From NCBI GenBank assembly GCA_905178155.1, contig CAJINV010000016.1, positions 558,001-622,000 of the forward strand: a DNA stretch of 64,000 nucleotides, written 5' to 3'. Source of the stretch: Amoebophrya sp. A120. Its lineage: Eukaryota; Protista; Dinoflagellata. Both the position numbers and the translations under genes were made by a program. The notes beneath the pieces are model-generated. The model was not told the origin of the DNA and searched no databases. It saw nothing but the letters and a program-made list of their open reading frames with translations. Shown here one piece after another: positions 28,901-37,661 of the stretch (positions are counted from its first letter, which is position 1; every line of letters starts with the position of its first letter).

Positions 28901-31900
28901 TCCGCACGGCGTGCGCAACTTGCTGCGAGCCCCGCATGTTCACCATTTTCTGATGCGCTTGCAGCATCGTGGCATACGGGCTGATTTGTGGCTGGCTGTT
29001 CTCCTCATCGTAGTAAGTCTCTCCTCCGAAGCTATGTCGGATCCTTTTCCTCACTTCGGAAATCACTCTGCCAACATTTTGCCAGGAGGAAGTGAGACCC
29101 GAATTGGTGGACTTAGTGGTGTCGTCTTTCATATTCGAAGCCAAGCGGCGCGACGCGGGAGGTGGCCGTTTTTTCGAAACAGCAGCTGCCGGTGGCTTCT
29201 TTCCCTTCGCTTGTTTCTTCCCTGGCAGAGGATCATCCCCACCAGCACGACCGGTCCCGCCACTACCGTATCATAAGAAAAAGTGTTGACGTTACGGTTT
29301 TCGGGTTTTTGGAAAAAAAAAATTTTGTGGGTACTGAGCACCATCATTTTAATTTTTTTTTTTCTCGCCGCCGCGCAGCCTCATTCTTTGCCCCTGCGGG
29401 GCTCTAAAGTGGTAAAACTCTGGGAGAGGAAGCTAGTGCACACGGTGCGAAAACTATGAGGCCCCGCCACAACATTGCGCCCCTTCAAGCCCTGAAATGG
29501 CTGCCCAATCCCTGTCCGGGCTCAAGAGCCATGATGGCTGTAAGCCGGTGGGCCAGGGCCCCGGCACTGCTGACAAGACCCGCCCACCAACGCGTCGCAA
29601 CGATCGACGCCGGAGATGGACCTGCTTTAGTGAGGGAAAATGGACCATAGCATGCTGTCCAGCACCGTCAACGCCTCATCTAGACAGCACGCTATGATCC
29701 ATTTCCCTTCACTCAAACCGGTGCGGGCACGGGAGCGCAGCTTCTGAGCAGGCAAATCGAGCATAGCCTGCTGGCTAGATGAGGCGTTGACGGTTTTTTG
29801 GTCGATTTCATGCAAAAAAGCAGGCTTCTGGAAGACCCGATCGACCATGCCGTCGTGTCTAGATGAGGTGTTGACGGTTTTTGGGGTGCCTGCAAATTTT
29901 GGGCATTTTGGTACCCAAAGTTTGCCCATTTCCCTCATCCTCGAAAGTGCCACCTTTTCTTCAGTCATGGAGAAAATTTGACAAAAAGCGCCAAAAGGTC
30001 CGAGATGGAAACTTGCACAGCCGCACAGAGCTGAACTGGCGGAAACGCCATCTAGATGCCAGCTCATAGGTCCACACGTCCGAGGTTTAGCCACGGTTCG
30101 AGGTTTGAGCGTTCTGGCCCGGATCTAAGAGCCGGCGGCGAGGAGAAGGCACGGCAGGGGGCGGCCCCGGTCGCCGAAGTCCTACGCCGTCATATTTTGT
30201 GCACTAGCTAGGTCAAACCAAGCGAGCTCCGTCGCAGTCCCGCGAGAACGAATAGCGGGAATGGGTCGACTTACAAACCAAAAACATACCTCCAGCATAC
30301 ACCCAAAATTTTTTTTTTCCAAAAAACTTAAAGCCGTAACGTCAACACTTTTTCTTTCGATACTGGCAGAGGATCATCCCCACCCGCACGACCACCCCCG
30401 CCACTACCGGTCCCAGCCTTCACCTTCTTCTTCTGTTTGTTCAACTTGGCTTTATTGCGGAAAGCCAAGGCCTGTTGTTTCTTTTTCGTTTTCCTTTGTT
30501 TCAACCGTTTTCGCAACAGATACTTCCTCAGTTGCAGGGCCCGCTGCATGCTGCCGTACTCGTATTCATCTTTCGCGACGATATCGAGCAATTGGTTTGA
30601 GCTTTCGCAAATGGCCTCGTCTTCGCTTGCCGCACGAGAAGACCCTGGCTCCACAAACAACTGGCTTTCCTCGTAGCACTTGTAAACTTTCTGCCGGAAG
30701 ACGAACGCCTCGTAGAGATGGAGCAGCGTTTCCTGGTTTTTCCGCGTCTTGAGCAGCGGCTCGGGCTTGAAAATCATGCCATCCGTGTTTGGGTCAATGG
30801 CTGAGGGCCTTGTGCCAGCAGCTGCTTTTTCTTTGGGGCGTGCAACCTCGGTTTCTGCTAGTAACCTTGCAGGGTCCGTAGCGGTCCTCGCGCCAGCTGC
30901 GGCTTCAGTCGGTTCTCCAGCTCTCCGTAGTGGGTCATCGGCAGCGATGATGTTCTCTTCCGCTCCTTGGGCCTGCTGCTTCGCTGGGGTCAACATCGCT
31001 GTTTTCCCTCCCTCATCTGGTGTGTTTATCCCCTTCGTCCTCCGCAGCAGTGTGTTCTTCCGGATCGACCGAATGAAATCCCGCAAATTTTCCCCAGTTC
31101 TCAACTGCCTGACCAGCCCCGGGTAGACAGTCAAAATCGGAACTAGTAGTAGAAACAACACGTACTTCGGCACAATCATTGTCGGTTGGGAGAGAAACGC
31201 CGGCGGTTTGGCTAGTAGTTCGGGAGGAAGGTCTTTTGTATTCTCGGTGTTGCTTTTATTTCCAGCACCGTCGTTATTTTGTCCATCAAATGCAGTAATC
31301 AACCCGTCATCTAGTGGAGAGTCGCCGCCACTGCCGTTTCCCTCTACGCCACTTCTGGAAAAGAGCCCGTCGTAAGAACTGCTGCCCGCGCGCTTCTTCC
31401 TGTTTCCAGGCACAAAAACTTTCGACTGGTGTCGGCTTCGACAATTTTTCTCCGTTGCTGGGCTGCGTGGGAGGTCTGGCGCGCGTTTCACATCAAAATC
31501 GCAATCGGACTCGGATGGTGGTGGTGGTCGCTTGTTTGGCATTTCTGTCTCGACGACTCCCGGGTGGCTCTGATTGCCTGCTCTGAGTATGATTTCTTGA
31601 TCCTGCTCTAGTATATCTACTTCCGCGTGCTGGTCCTGACCACAAGCTGCTTCCATCCCGGATTTCCGCTCTGGCAAGAAAAGTTTTGCGCAAGAGCTTG
31701 TGCTGACTCTCGCGCCACCTGAGCTGCTACTGTGACTGTCCTCAGCAGATCTGTCTTTCTCCACGCGCTGATGGGAAGCATACTGCTCCGCGCTGTCGCG
31801 ACAGCTTTTCCTGGCGCCTCTCCTGCCGTCGTCGTCGTTGCCGTCGTCTCTAAAGTAATTAAAATTACTCGGCGCGTCAGAGTCCTGCGATAAAAGCCTC

Positions 31901-34900
31901 TCCAGTCGATTCTGAGTCCGAGAGACCTTTGAAACTACGGCTTCATGATCGTCCTGCTTGATGTGGTTCCTTGGACCTTGTACAACGGGATGCTCTTGCG
32001 CTTTTATTCCTCTAGACATGCCGCCATCTTCTTCCTGCATCCTCCTCTGTTCGTCAATCACTGCCTGACGCTCTCGTTCTGTGGAAGGTCGACGTGAAGT
32101 TCGATTCATATTACTCTCGCACCGATCGCCGCCCTGAGCAGTCCTACCCGCGGTCGGAGGAGGTTCGACGTCGTGTTCTTTTTCTCCTAACACAACAAGA
32201 ACTTCTGCCTGTTTTATTTTCTCATCACCCGGAGGTGCAGCTCTTCTATCTCCCTCGACGCAATTTGATTCTTCTTTCGCACCGCCGGAGAGCTGCACCA
32301 CTCTCGATTGATGCAATGCGAAGTGCGGCGTGGGCGACGTACTGATGGCGGACAAGATTTTCTCCTCTGCTTTATGCTCATAATCAGGCGAAGCGATCGG
32401 AATTTTTGGCTTTGCTGCTACTGCCGCTGCAGGCTGATTTATTTTCCGCTGATTTTTTTCGTTCATCTCAGTGTCCGCACGCTGGTCGGCCTGGTAACTC
32501 TGATCTCTTCCCTTGTTGGCCACATCAGGCGCGGCTTCCTCAAGCAGCGTCCTGGAACAAAGCTTCAAAGTAGTAGAAGCGGGTTCCTTATTGTCTATTT
32601 GTCTTTCTCTTTCCACAGCCGTGATGTTTATTCCCTCGTGATCTTCAGCTTGTGTTCCTTCGTGTTGTTCCTGCTCCTGCGCATGAGATGAATCATCTTG
32701 TCCGAAGGCACTACCGACAGGTCTTCCGGGAATCGATTCATCCCGATCAGAACAAACCGCGGACTGTAGCTCTTTATCCTCCCCCGCTGATCCTAGTTCT
32801 TGAACTCGCGCATCACCGTCCACAAGGCTTCCGAACTCGGCCTCTACAGAAGGAATCACCGCGAGGACAATCGCGGCCGTGTCTTCTACGATTTGATCTT
32901 CCTGAGCACCACGAGGACCTGCTCCAACAGTCTTACTACTTCCGGCTGGGTTCCTCGCAGCAGAGTAGCTGTCGTTCTGAAGTTCGAGATTCTTGTGGGT
33001 CAACAACATTTTCTCAGAGTTGTCCTTCGCAGAATTCTGATCATCCGCAACACTGGATAAACTTTTCACCTCTTGCACGGCACATAAGACAGGCGGTGCT
33101 AGTACAACAACTCCCGTGACGTCGCTCCGGCTGCTGGCGCCGTAGCTCTCATCCAAAGGCGTGTTCCGCTGACTGGCAAAAGACTGGATGTGGCCGTAAT
33201 GCGCCGGACTCCGGAGCGCGTGGTCTACATTGCAGAAGCTGTACGGCTCCTGAAAGGCGGGCTCGATCGGTTTTGTCCGCGACCTCTCTCGGTCGAGCAC
33301 GTCCTTGACCTGCTTTTTCCGATCGGACCAGTAGACGACAAGGTCTTCGGTTCTGCCGTATGTTCGGCTTGGGTGGTCAGTCACCAAGTAGGACCACCGC
33401 TTAATTGGTGGAATCCGCTCCCGTATGCATTGCAAATATGTCTGGGTCTGGAATCATGGAACTTGTGATGCTAGTCCTACATTCCTGTAAAATCTGTATT
33501 GCATAACTAATAACAAGGACGCCCTCTTTGGTCGTACAAAAGCGCAGTTTCTCATGGAGACTGAGCATGAGAGAGCGTTCTACAAACTTGTCATGCTTGG
33601 CTGCATTGGCAAATATTTCAGTCGTCCACAGTTCAGCATCACAAGGTCCCAGACCCAGACATATTTGCAGTTGATATCCCGAACGTTCGCCTGGATCTTC
33701 GCGACAAAATTGCGAATCTCGTGCATAAACACATATCCTGCGTAAAAACGTCCCCACCCCGCCAGAGTTGTCATGCAAATCTGCATGCCAAAAAAGTTTC
33801 TCATGCGGAGCCACATGAGAAGCATTTTCTAGTGATGTTTTGGGATTTGTGATGCTATAAGTCCCAAGATATGCTAGATCTGTGATGCTGCTGAACTAGC
33901 TAAACAGGATTACACTACGAGGACAAACTTGTCATGCGAAACAACCAAAGTTGCCTGATTTGTCTAGCAGATTTTCCATCCTGACTCTGGTATGGGGACG
34001 TTTTTACAAAGGATAACACAGGCAACATTTTCTTCTTACTACTTTTCGCAACACCATCACCTTCGGGTCCTTTTACTTCGGCTGCCGGACTGGGGCAGTA
34101 GGGTAGGATCGGCGAGGGCGTTTTGTACTTCTCTAATTCTTCCCGCCGTTTTTGTTCCTCCGCCGCGAGCTCCTTTTCCATTTGGAGAATCTCCGAATCC
34201 AGGTCCGAACTTTCAGTCGAGGAAGAAGAGGAAGACGAGGTGCTGGAAGATCTGGTACTTCTGGTATTGCCTTCTTTTGTTGATAAAGTCGCTCGTAGTT
34301 TCTTCTTGCGCCGCCTTCGCCGTCTCTTCGCCAAAATTTTCGTGCCCCCGGGCGTGAGGGCGGTAATTTCTGCTCGCGGGGATTTCATCTCGGCGAAAAT
34401 TTCTTCGTCCTCTTCCGCCTTTCTCTTCCGGTCTAGCTATCCTGGGTAAAAACGTCCCCACCCCATAGTCAAGATGGGAAATCTGCAACACAAGTCTCCA
34501 AGTTTTGGGAGTTCTGCATGACAAGTTTCCATCTGCAGTGTAGTGCTGGTAAGCAAGGGGAGGCGCATGAGAAAGCCATTTTTTCATTCTGTTTACAGCA
34601 TTACAAATACAAACACACGATTGGAAACGCCTCTCGTGGAGATGCGCATTACAAATGTTCCCGTCATTCCACCTTTGCATGACAACTCTGGGGTGGGGAC
34701 GTTTTTACAAAGGATACTAGCGCGAGCTTGTTCTGCTGCTCGATCTCGTGCTTCATTTCTTTCGCGCGGACGGTCAGTATCAACTCTAAAAGTGTCTGGG
34801 TCTGGAAGATTCTGACACTTGTCATGCAGGTTTTGCATGAGCCATGATGTCTGTGTTGCATACCCTAACAATACAGATTTTTTGAGGGCTTCTTAATGCA

Positions 34901-35570
34901 TATTCGGCATGACAAATGCCTTCTCAGCGTAGCAAAAATTGCACTCCCGTTGGTACTCATGCAATACAGATTTTTTTGGGAATCCAAATGCAGCATCACA
35001 GGTTGCATTCTTCCAGACCCAGACATTTTTGCACTTGGTAGTCAGAATCCGGATGACGAAGAGGTAACAGAAAATCGACGCCCAGCAGCCCATTTGGTTG
35101 GTTTCGGAGGTGTTCAGAAACCACAAGTCAGTCGCTTCGATTACCGGCCAGGAGTAATTTAATGCCGTGTCGAGGAATAACAAAAGCAGGCACTTGAAGA
35201 ACAGCACCAAGCTGAAGAGCATTTGAAGCAGTTTGATTTTTGAAACCCGCTTTTCAAAATACCGGATCAACATCTTTTCCTGCCCGTTCAAATAGTCGTC
35301 GAGGGAAGCAGGAGGACGGTGTTGCAGATCTTTCTCTGCGGAGGACGTCGTGCTGTCTTCGTCCTCGTGTTTTTTTCTTTTCTTTCTCCCCAAAGGGTTC
35401 GCCGGTACGGGGTCCACGTGCAGTAGATCGTTCTTCCGAAAATACAGATCATCCAAATATTCGGTCGCGCGCACCGTCCGGGGGGGCACCCGGGGGAGCG
35501 GTTTATCCGCCTCCTCGGGGCGAATCGAGGGGCGGAATATGATGTCGCTGAGCATCTTTGGCACAGGCAT
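1937..35570 (-). CDS. Giant hypothetical membrane-associated protein (~8,735 aa, 27 exons), paralogue of the gene at 37662->63746
   Basis: Exons with each TSD counted once: 35041-35570, 34717-34772, 34016-34432, 33677-33728, 30363-33418, 24962-29221, 24482-24806, 24148-24197, 23783-23877, 21524-23609, 20248-21264, 19960-19980, 18693-19692, 16094-18394, 12782-15830, 12454-12514, 12139-12182, 11430-11983, 10509-11161, 8536-10224, 6978-8385, 6415-6716, 5985-6143, 5613-5700, 4013-5356, 2244-3742, 1937-2028. Sum 26,208 nt = 8,736 codons, with all 26 junctions in frame and a TAG at 1937-1939. The start (MPVPKML, 35570) is the first ATG after an in-frame TAA and could be extended by an upstream exon. 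Hydrophobic segments lie near the N-terminus (LLQMLFSLVLFFKCLLLLFL; WASIFCYLFVIRIL), at ~31140 (YVLFLLLVPILTVY) and near the C-terminus (LLFFFILFVIIALQIL). No recognisable family. Confidence 0.8.
2034..2243. mobile_element. TIR introner, family D (210 bp)
   Basis: IR AGAAAAAAGTGTTACAGTTACACATT / AATGTGTAACTGTAACACTTTTTTCT within TAT...ATA ends; TSD GCGAC; junction RMS|LVEEEY in frame. Confidence 0.88.
3748..4012. mobile_element. TIR introner, family A (265 bp)
   Basis: TGTCTGGGTCTGG / CCAGACCCAGACA TIR core; TSD CCAAT; junction DLLIG|LSVSEK. Confidence 0.9.
5362..5612. mobile_element. TIR introner, family A (251 bp)
   Basis: Family A TIRs; TSD TGTGC/TGCGC (1 mismatch); junction FAYAH|IQVPS. 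Confidence 0.88.
5706..5984. mobile_element. TIR introner, family B (279 bp)
   Basis: TATCCTGAGAAAAAACGTCCCCACACCAGAG...CTCTGGGGTGGGCACGTTTGTACACTGGATA; TSD CGGAG; junction NFLNS|EYNGD. Confidence 0.88.
6149..6414. mobile_element. TIR introner, family A (266 bp), opposite orientation to 19698-19959
   Basis: Family A TIRs; TSD GTGAC; junction SGDES|PSPFN. Confidence 0.9.
6722..6977. mobile_element. TIR introner, family A (256 bp)
   Basis: Family A TIRs; TSD TCCGA; junction EEIFS|EDDMR. Confidence 0.9.
8391..8535. mobile_element. TIR introner, family C (145 bp)
   Basis: TATGAATTGCAAAAGTATCGCACTCGTA...TACGAGTGCGATATTTTTGCACAGGATA; TSD AAAAG; junction AVKSF|CDGYD. Confidence 0.88.
10230..10508. 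mobile_element. TIR introner, family B (279 bp)
   Basis: AAAAACGTCCCCACACCAGAG / CTCTGGTGTGGGGACGTTTTT; TSD GGTAA; junction NPWAY|PSKAA. Confidence 0.9.
11167..11429. mobile_element. TIR introner, family A (263 bp)
   Basis: Family A TIRs; TSD ACCAG; junction RPALV|ARNQ. Confidence 0.9.
11989..12138. mobile_element. TIR introner, family C (150 bp)
   Basis: TATGAACTGCAAAAG / CTTTTGCAGTTCATA perfect 15-bp ends; TSD GCTGT; junction MKSYS|KRFDA. Confidence 0.88.
12188..12453. mobile_element. TIR introner, family A (266 bp)
   Basis: Family A TIRs (left slightly degenerate); TSD CCCGT/CCCGC; junction ILKER|GLVYD. Confidence 0.87.
12520..12781. mobile_element. TIR introner, family A (262 bp)
   Basis: Perfect TIR TATCAAATGTAAAAATGTCTGGGTCTGGAAGAATGC; TSD GGGCG/AGGCG; junction HLSPP|EIDAS. 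Confidence 0.9.
15836..16093. mobile_element. TIR introner, family A (258 bp)
   Basis: Family A TIRs; TSD AGTGC; junction FKLAL|YTLQQ. Confidence 0.9.
18400..18692. mobile_element. TIR introner, B-related variant (293 bp)
   Basis: TATTACAGCGAAAAACGCCCCCACCCCCGAA...TTCAGGGGCGGGGGGCACTTTTCCCTGTAATA; TSD CGCAA; internal GCATGACAA/GCATCACA motifs; junction NRDLR|TLDFH. Confidence 0.85.
19698..19959. mobile_element. TIR introner, family A (262 bp)
   Basis: Family A TIRs; TSD TCAAG; junction MQRNL|IGLET. Confidence 0.9.
19986..20247. mobile_element. TIR introner, family A (262 bp)
   Basis: Family A TIRs; TSD CCGCC; junction AATGA|DIMQR. Confidence 0.9.
21270..21523. mobile_element. TIR introner, family A (254 bp)
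   Basis: Family A TIRs; TSD AACTA; junction VFPFS|YNAVF. Confidence 0.9.
23615..23782. mobile_element. TIR introner, family C (168 bp)
   Basis: TATCCATTGCAAAAGTATCG...CGATAGTTTTGCAATGCATA; TSD ATTCC/GTTCC; junction LYSGN|GGDQV. Confidence 0.85.
23883..24147. mobile_element. TIR introner, family A (265 bp)
   Basis: Family A TIRs; TSD TGTTC; junction ARNVN|SLGAV. Confidence 0.9.
24203..24481. mobile_element. TIR introner, family B (279 bp)
   Basis: TATCCTCAGTAAAAGCGTCCGCACACCAGA...TCTGGGGTGGGGACAATTTCACATAGGATA; TSD TCGGT; junction SETDT|EDASF. Confidence 0.87.
24812..24961. mobile_element. TIR introner, family F (150 bp, single copy here)
   Basis: TATCCACAGTAAATTTCCTGCACATGTACAAA...TTTGTACGTGTACAGGGAATTTGTGTTGCATA; TSD TGTAC; two GCATGACAA motifs; junction YLGEY|IHTLS. 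Confidence 0.83.
29222..29268. repeat. 47-bp direct repeat, copy 1 (duplicated exon sequence flanking the 1.1-kb element)
   Basis: CTGGCAGAGGATCATCCCCACCAGCACGACCGGTCCCGCCACTACCG; 4 mismatches to 30363-30409. Confidence 0.92.
29269..30362. mobile_element. Long non-autonomous TIR element/intron (1,094 bp), termini related to family D
   Basis: ~60-bp imperfect TIR: TATCATAAGAAAAAGTGTTGACGTTACGG..TTTTTGGAAAAAAAAAATTTTG versus CAAAATTTTTTTTTTCCAAAAA..CCGTAACGTCAACACTTTTTCTTTCGATA. Flanked by a 47-bp direct repeat. Removal joins ...GGDDPLP to GKKQAKG...LASNMKDD. No transposase-like ORF inside. Confidence 0.85.
30363..30409. repeat. 47-bp direct repeat, copy 2
   Basis: CTGGCAGAGGATCATCCCCACCCGCACGACCACCCCCGCCACTACCG; encodes GSGGGGRAGGDDPLP on the minus strand. 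Confidence 0.92.
33424..33676. mobile_element. TIR introner, family A (253 bp)
   Basis: Family A TIRs; TSD TCCCG; junction QANVR|ERIPP. Confidence 0.9.
33734..34015. mobile_element. TIR introner, family B (282 bp)
   Basis: Family B TIRs, interior very similar to 10230-10508; TSD ACACA; junction KMLPV|FMHEI. Confidence 0.9.
34438..34716. mobile_element. TIR introner, family B (279 bp)
   Basis: Family B TIRs; TSD CTAGC; junction NKLAL|DRKRK. Confidence 0.9.
34778..35040. mobile_element. TIR introner, family A (263 bp)
   Basis: Family A TIRs (right end GGTA rather than GATA); TSD GTCAG; junction IRILT|VRAKE. Confidence 0.88.
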
Positions 35571-35823
35571 TTTTGTTTCAGTTTGTTTGCGCAAGTTTCT
35601 TCGAAATTGATGCAGAAATAACCGGGTTGTAGTACTGGCTTATGTTCTCTGTCGCGTCGTGCCAGCACCGAGAATGAACCAGCCGCTCCCTGTGCGCTGT
35701 GCAGTTCTGCTGGTGCCGGTTGGTCCTTACATATTAGTTCCAATGCGTATGCGATTGCCAACGACTGGTGCAACTCCGGCCTCTAGTCGCAATTAGGTCC
35801 CCTTCATGATCCCGGCTACCCTT

Positions 35824-36294
35824 TCAGGAAGTAGGAGCAACTGCTCCAGCGGCATTCTCAATTTGTAGTGGATGATCCGCACGACCCTCAGGTTGCGCCA
35901 CCACGGACGCAGGTGCATGATCCGCTCCTGCTGCAACCGGGGCCTGTGGCTGTCCCTGCTCTTGTCCCTCCACCTCTTGTGGACCACGTCGCTCGTCGAC
36001 AGGAGGCGGCAAATCCGCTTGAAATCGCCTGTGTGCAGCCTCCGCTTCTTGCCGCGCAGGAGGCCGCTCCTGATCCTGCAGGGGAGGCAGGAGCTGCTCC
36101 CCAATTTCCCCCTGTTGCCCCCCGACAGGCTGCTGCTGCTGCTGCGGACCTCCCGATTCAGGGAGTTCGATCGTATCTGAGGGCGGCGGCAGCTCGGAGA
36201 CTGTGGATTCCGAGAGCGAGATGTCGCTGCTGCTGGTCTCACTGCTGTCGCTATCGCTGTCCGTCACAAGCGCAGCGATGAGCCTCTCCGCCAT
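35824..36294 (-). CDS. Small acidic, low-complexity hypothetical protein (~156 aa); might instead be an upstream exon of the giant gene
   Basis: ATG (MAERLIAALV) at 36294 to TGA. S/D/E/Q/P-rich composition like the neighbouring real exons, on the same strand as all other genes. No homology evidence. Confidence 0.4.
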   Translation of the reverse strand: MAERLIAALVTDSDSDSSETSSSDISLSESTVSELPPPSDTIELPESGGPQQQQQPVGGQQGEIGEQLLPPLQDQERPPARQEAEAAHRRFQADLPPPVDERRGPQEVEGQEQGQPQAPVAAGADHAPASVVAQPEGRADHPLQIENAAGAVAPTS

Positions 36295-37661
36295 TGCTGA
36301 GGAGGTACTTATTATCCAGTACACAAAATAGTTTGAAGGTGTTATTGAAAAATTTGTTTCGATTGGGTGAGACAGCGCCGGTCCACAAAAATACGATTGT
36401 AATCAGATCAGAAACTAGGATGGTGCCGGTTCGTAGTCACGTACACGACCTTATCGTTATTTATTGTCAACAAGAAGAACTTCCTACGTTATGGATTGCT
36501 CAAAGGCAAGCAGCTTCAAGTTCTTGAATAGTGCGAATCGGACCAGCTCCAAGCTGTCAGTGGTCGACACTGACATACGGCGACACCACATTTTCTTTCA
36601 AGTGGGAAGCGTATGCAACACAAAACTACACAAAACCGCCAGAACATCGCGGGATGAACCAGGCACGCACAGTTGCGAGATCTTTGTCTAAGGTGATCTA
36701 GAGGACGCAGTTGAGCGGATCTTGTCTGAATCACTATCACGTCGCTTCATCGCCTGTAGCGCAATAGATCTATCGAGAATCTCAATTGCCGAGATCCGCA
36801 ACTCAAGTGGACCGATATGTTTCCGCAGATCTAGTAGACGAGAAAAAAAGCATAACCAGTGGCTGCGCCATCTTTTCCTCTTCTTCGCGAAGCTTGCGAC
36901 TGGGCGTGAGTGCTACAGCGGATGAGAGTTAGGAATATCTGTGCATGAACGCTCCAAAGGTTTGAGGTTTGCGTTCAGTTTGTGCGAAAGCAGCAGAACG
37001 GTTCTCTTTGTCAAGCAACGACTTGCGATGCGTTTTTAACACCGATATACCGGGAGAGTGACACGACGATCTCGCACTGTATCAACACGTAGGGCAAGTC
37101 TGCGGCTGCTGACGCGACCGCGACGTCGAATCCAGTAGTGCAGGATAGCACCGTGCAGCGTTCAACATCTGCACTTTTCCTTTCCATTTGTTTCGGCGTC
37201 GTTATTTGTGTAAGGCGTTCCCGGTCATGTTCGCCGGCGTTGTTCATTTCCTTCAAAGAGATGCACGTTTAAAAGCGAAAGGACGCAGCTCACTCGATGA
37301 CACAACTAGCAGTATTCGGGCACTCAATGAAGAGACTTTTCCGCTTCAAACTCAGAACCAGAACCTCCCTGTCCCGAAGGAAGGGGAGGGCATAACTCGT
37401 ACAAATCACTAGATTTAGACCTTCGGGCAAAAACGCAAATCACTCTGACTAATTCTATTTTTTTGACTTGGGACCTTGCGACGTCCACTTTTGACAATGT
37501 CGGTAACTTTCGCTTTCTCTGCTTTCAGGTGTATGTAACTTTGCTTTTGACTGTAACTTTTATTTTAGCTTTAAACTTTACGAATCTGTATGAAGGTTGT
37601 GCCGAAGGAAGCTTCTATTTTGCAGTTGCTTCTCAGCTAGATCGAAAGAAGCGTTGTCGTT

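Noticed and set aside
29627-30094. 155-aa ORF inside the 1.1-kb element as a transposase
   Set aside because: Too short, non-ATG start, built from the internal DNA repeats, and no DDE or HTH-like motif visible.
24882-33435. Treating the 1420-aa and 1035-aa ORFs as separate genes with a promoter between them
   Set aside because: The gap is bounded by TIRs and a 47-bp duplication whose removal fuses the ORFs in frame.
37490-37580. T-rich stretch with three GTAACTTT copies resembling plus-strand splice acceptors
   Set aside because: It lies just downstream of the minus-strand stop at 37662 and is most simply an A-rich 3' UTR; no supported plus-strand gene follows.
1137-37661. Dinoflagellate spliced-leader relic, tRNA or snRNA in the intergenic gaps (1137-1936, 35571-37661)
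   Set aside because: No CCGTAGCCATTTTGGCTCAAG-like sequence or cloverleaf seen by eye; a covariance-model search would be needed to exclude small RNAs.
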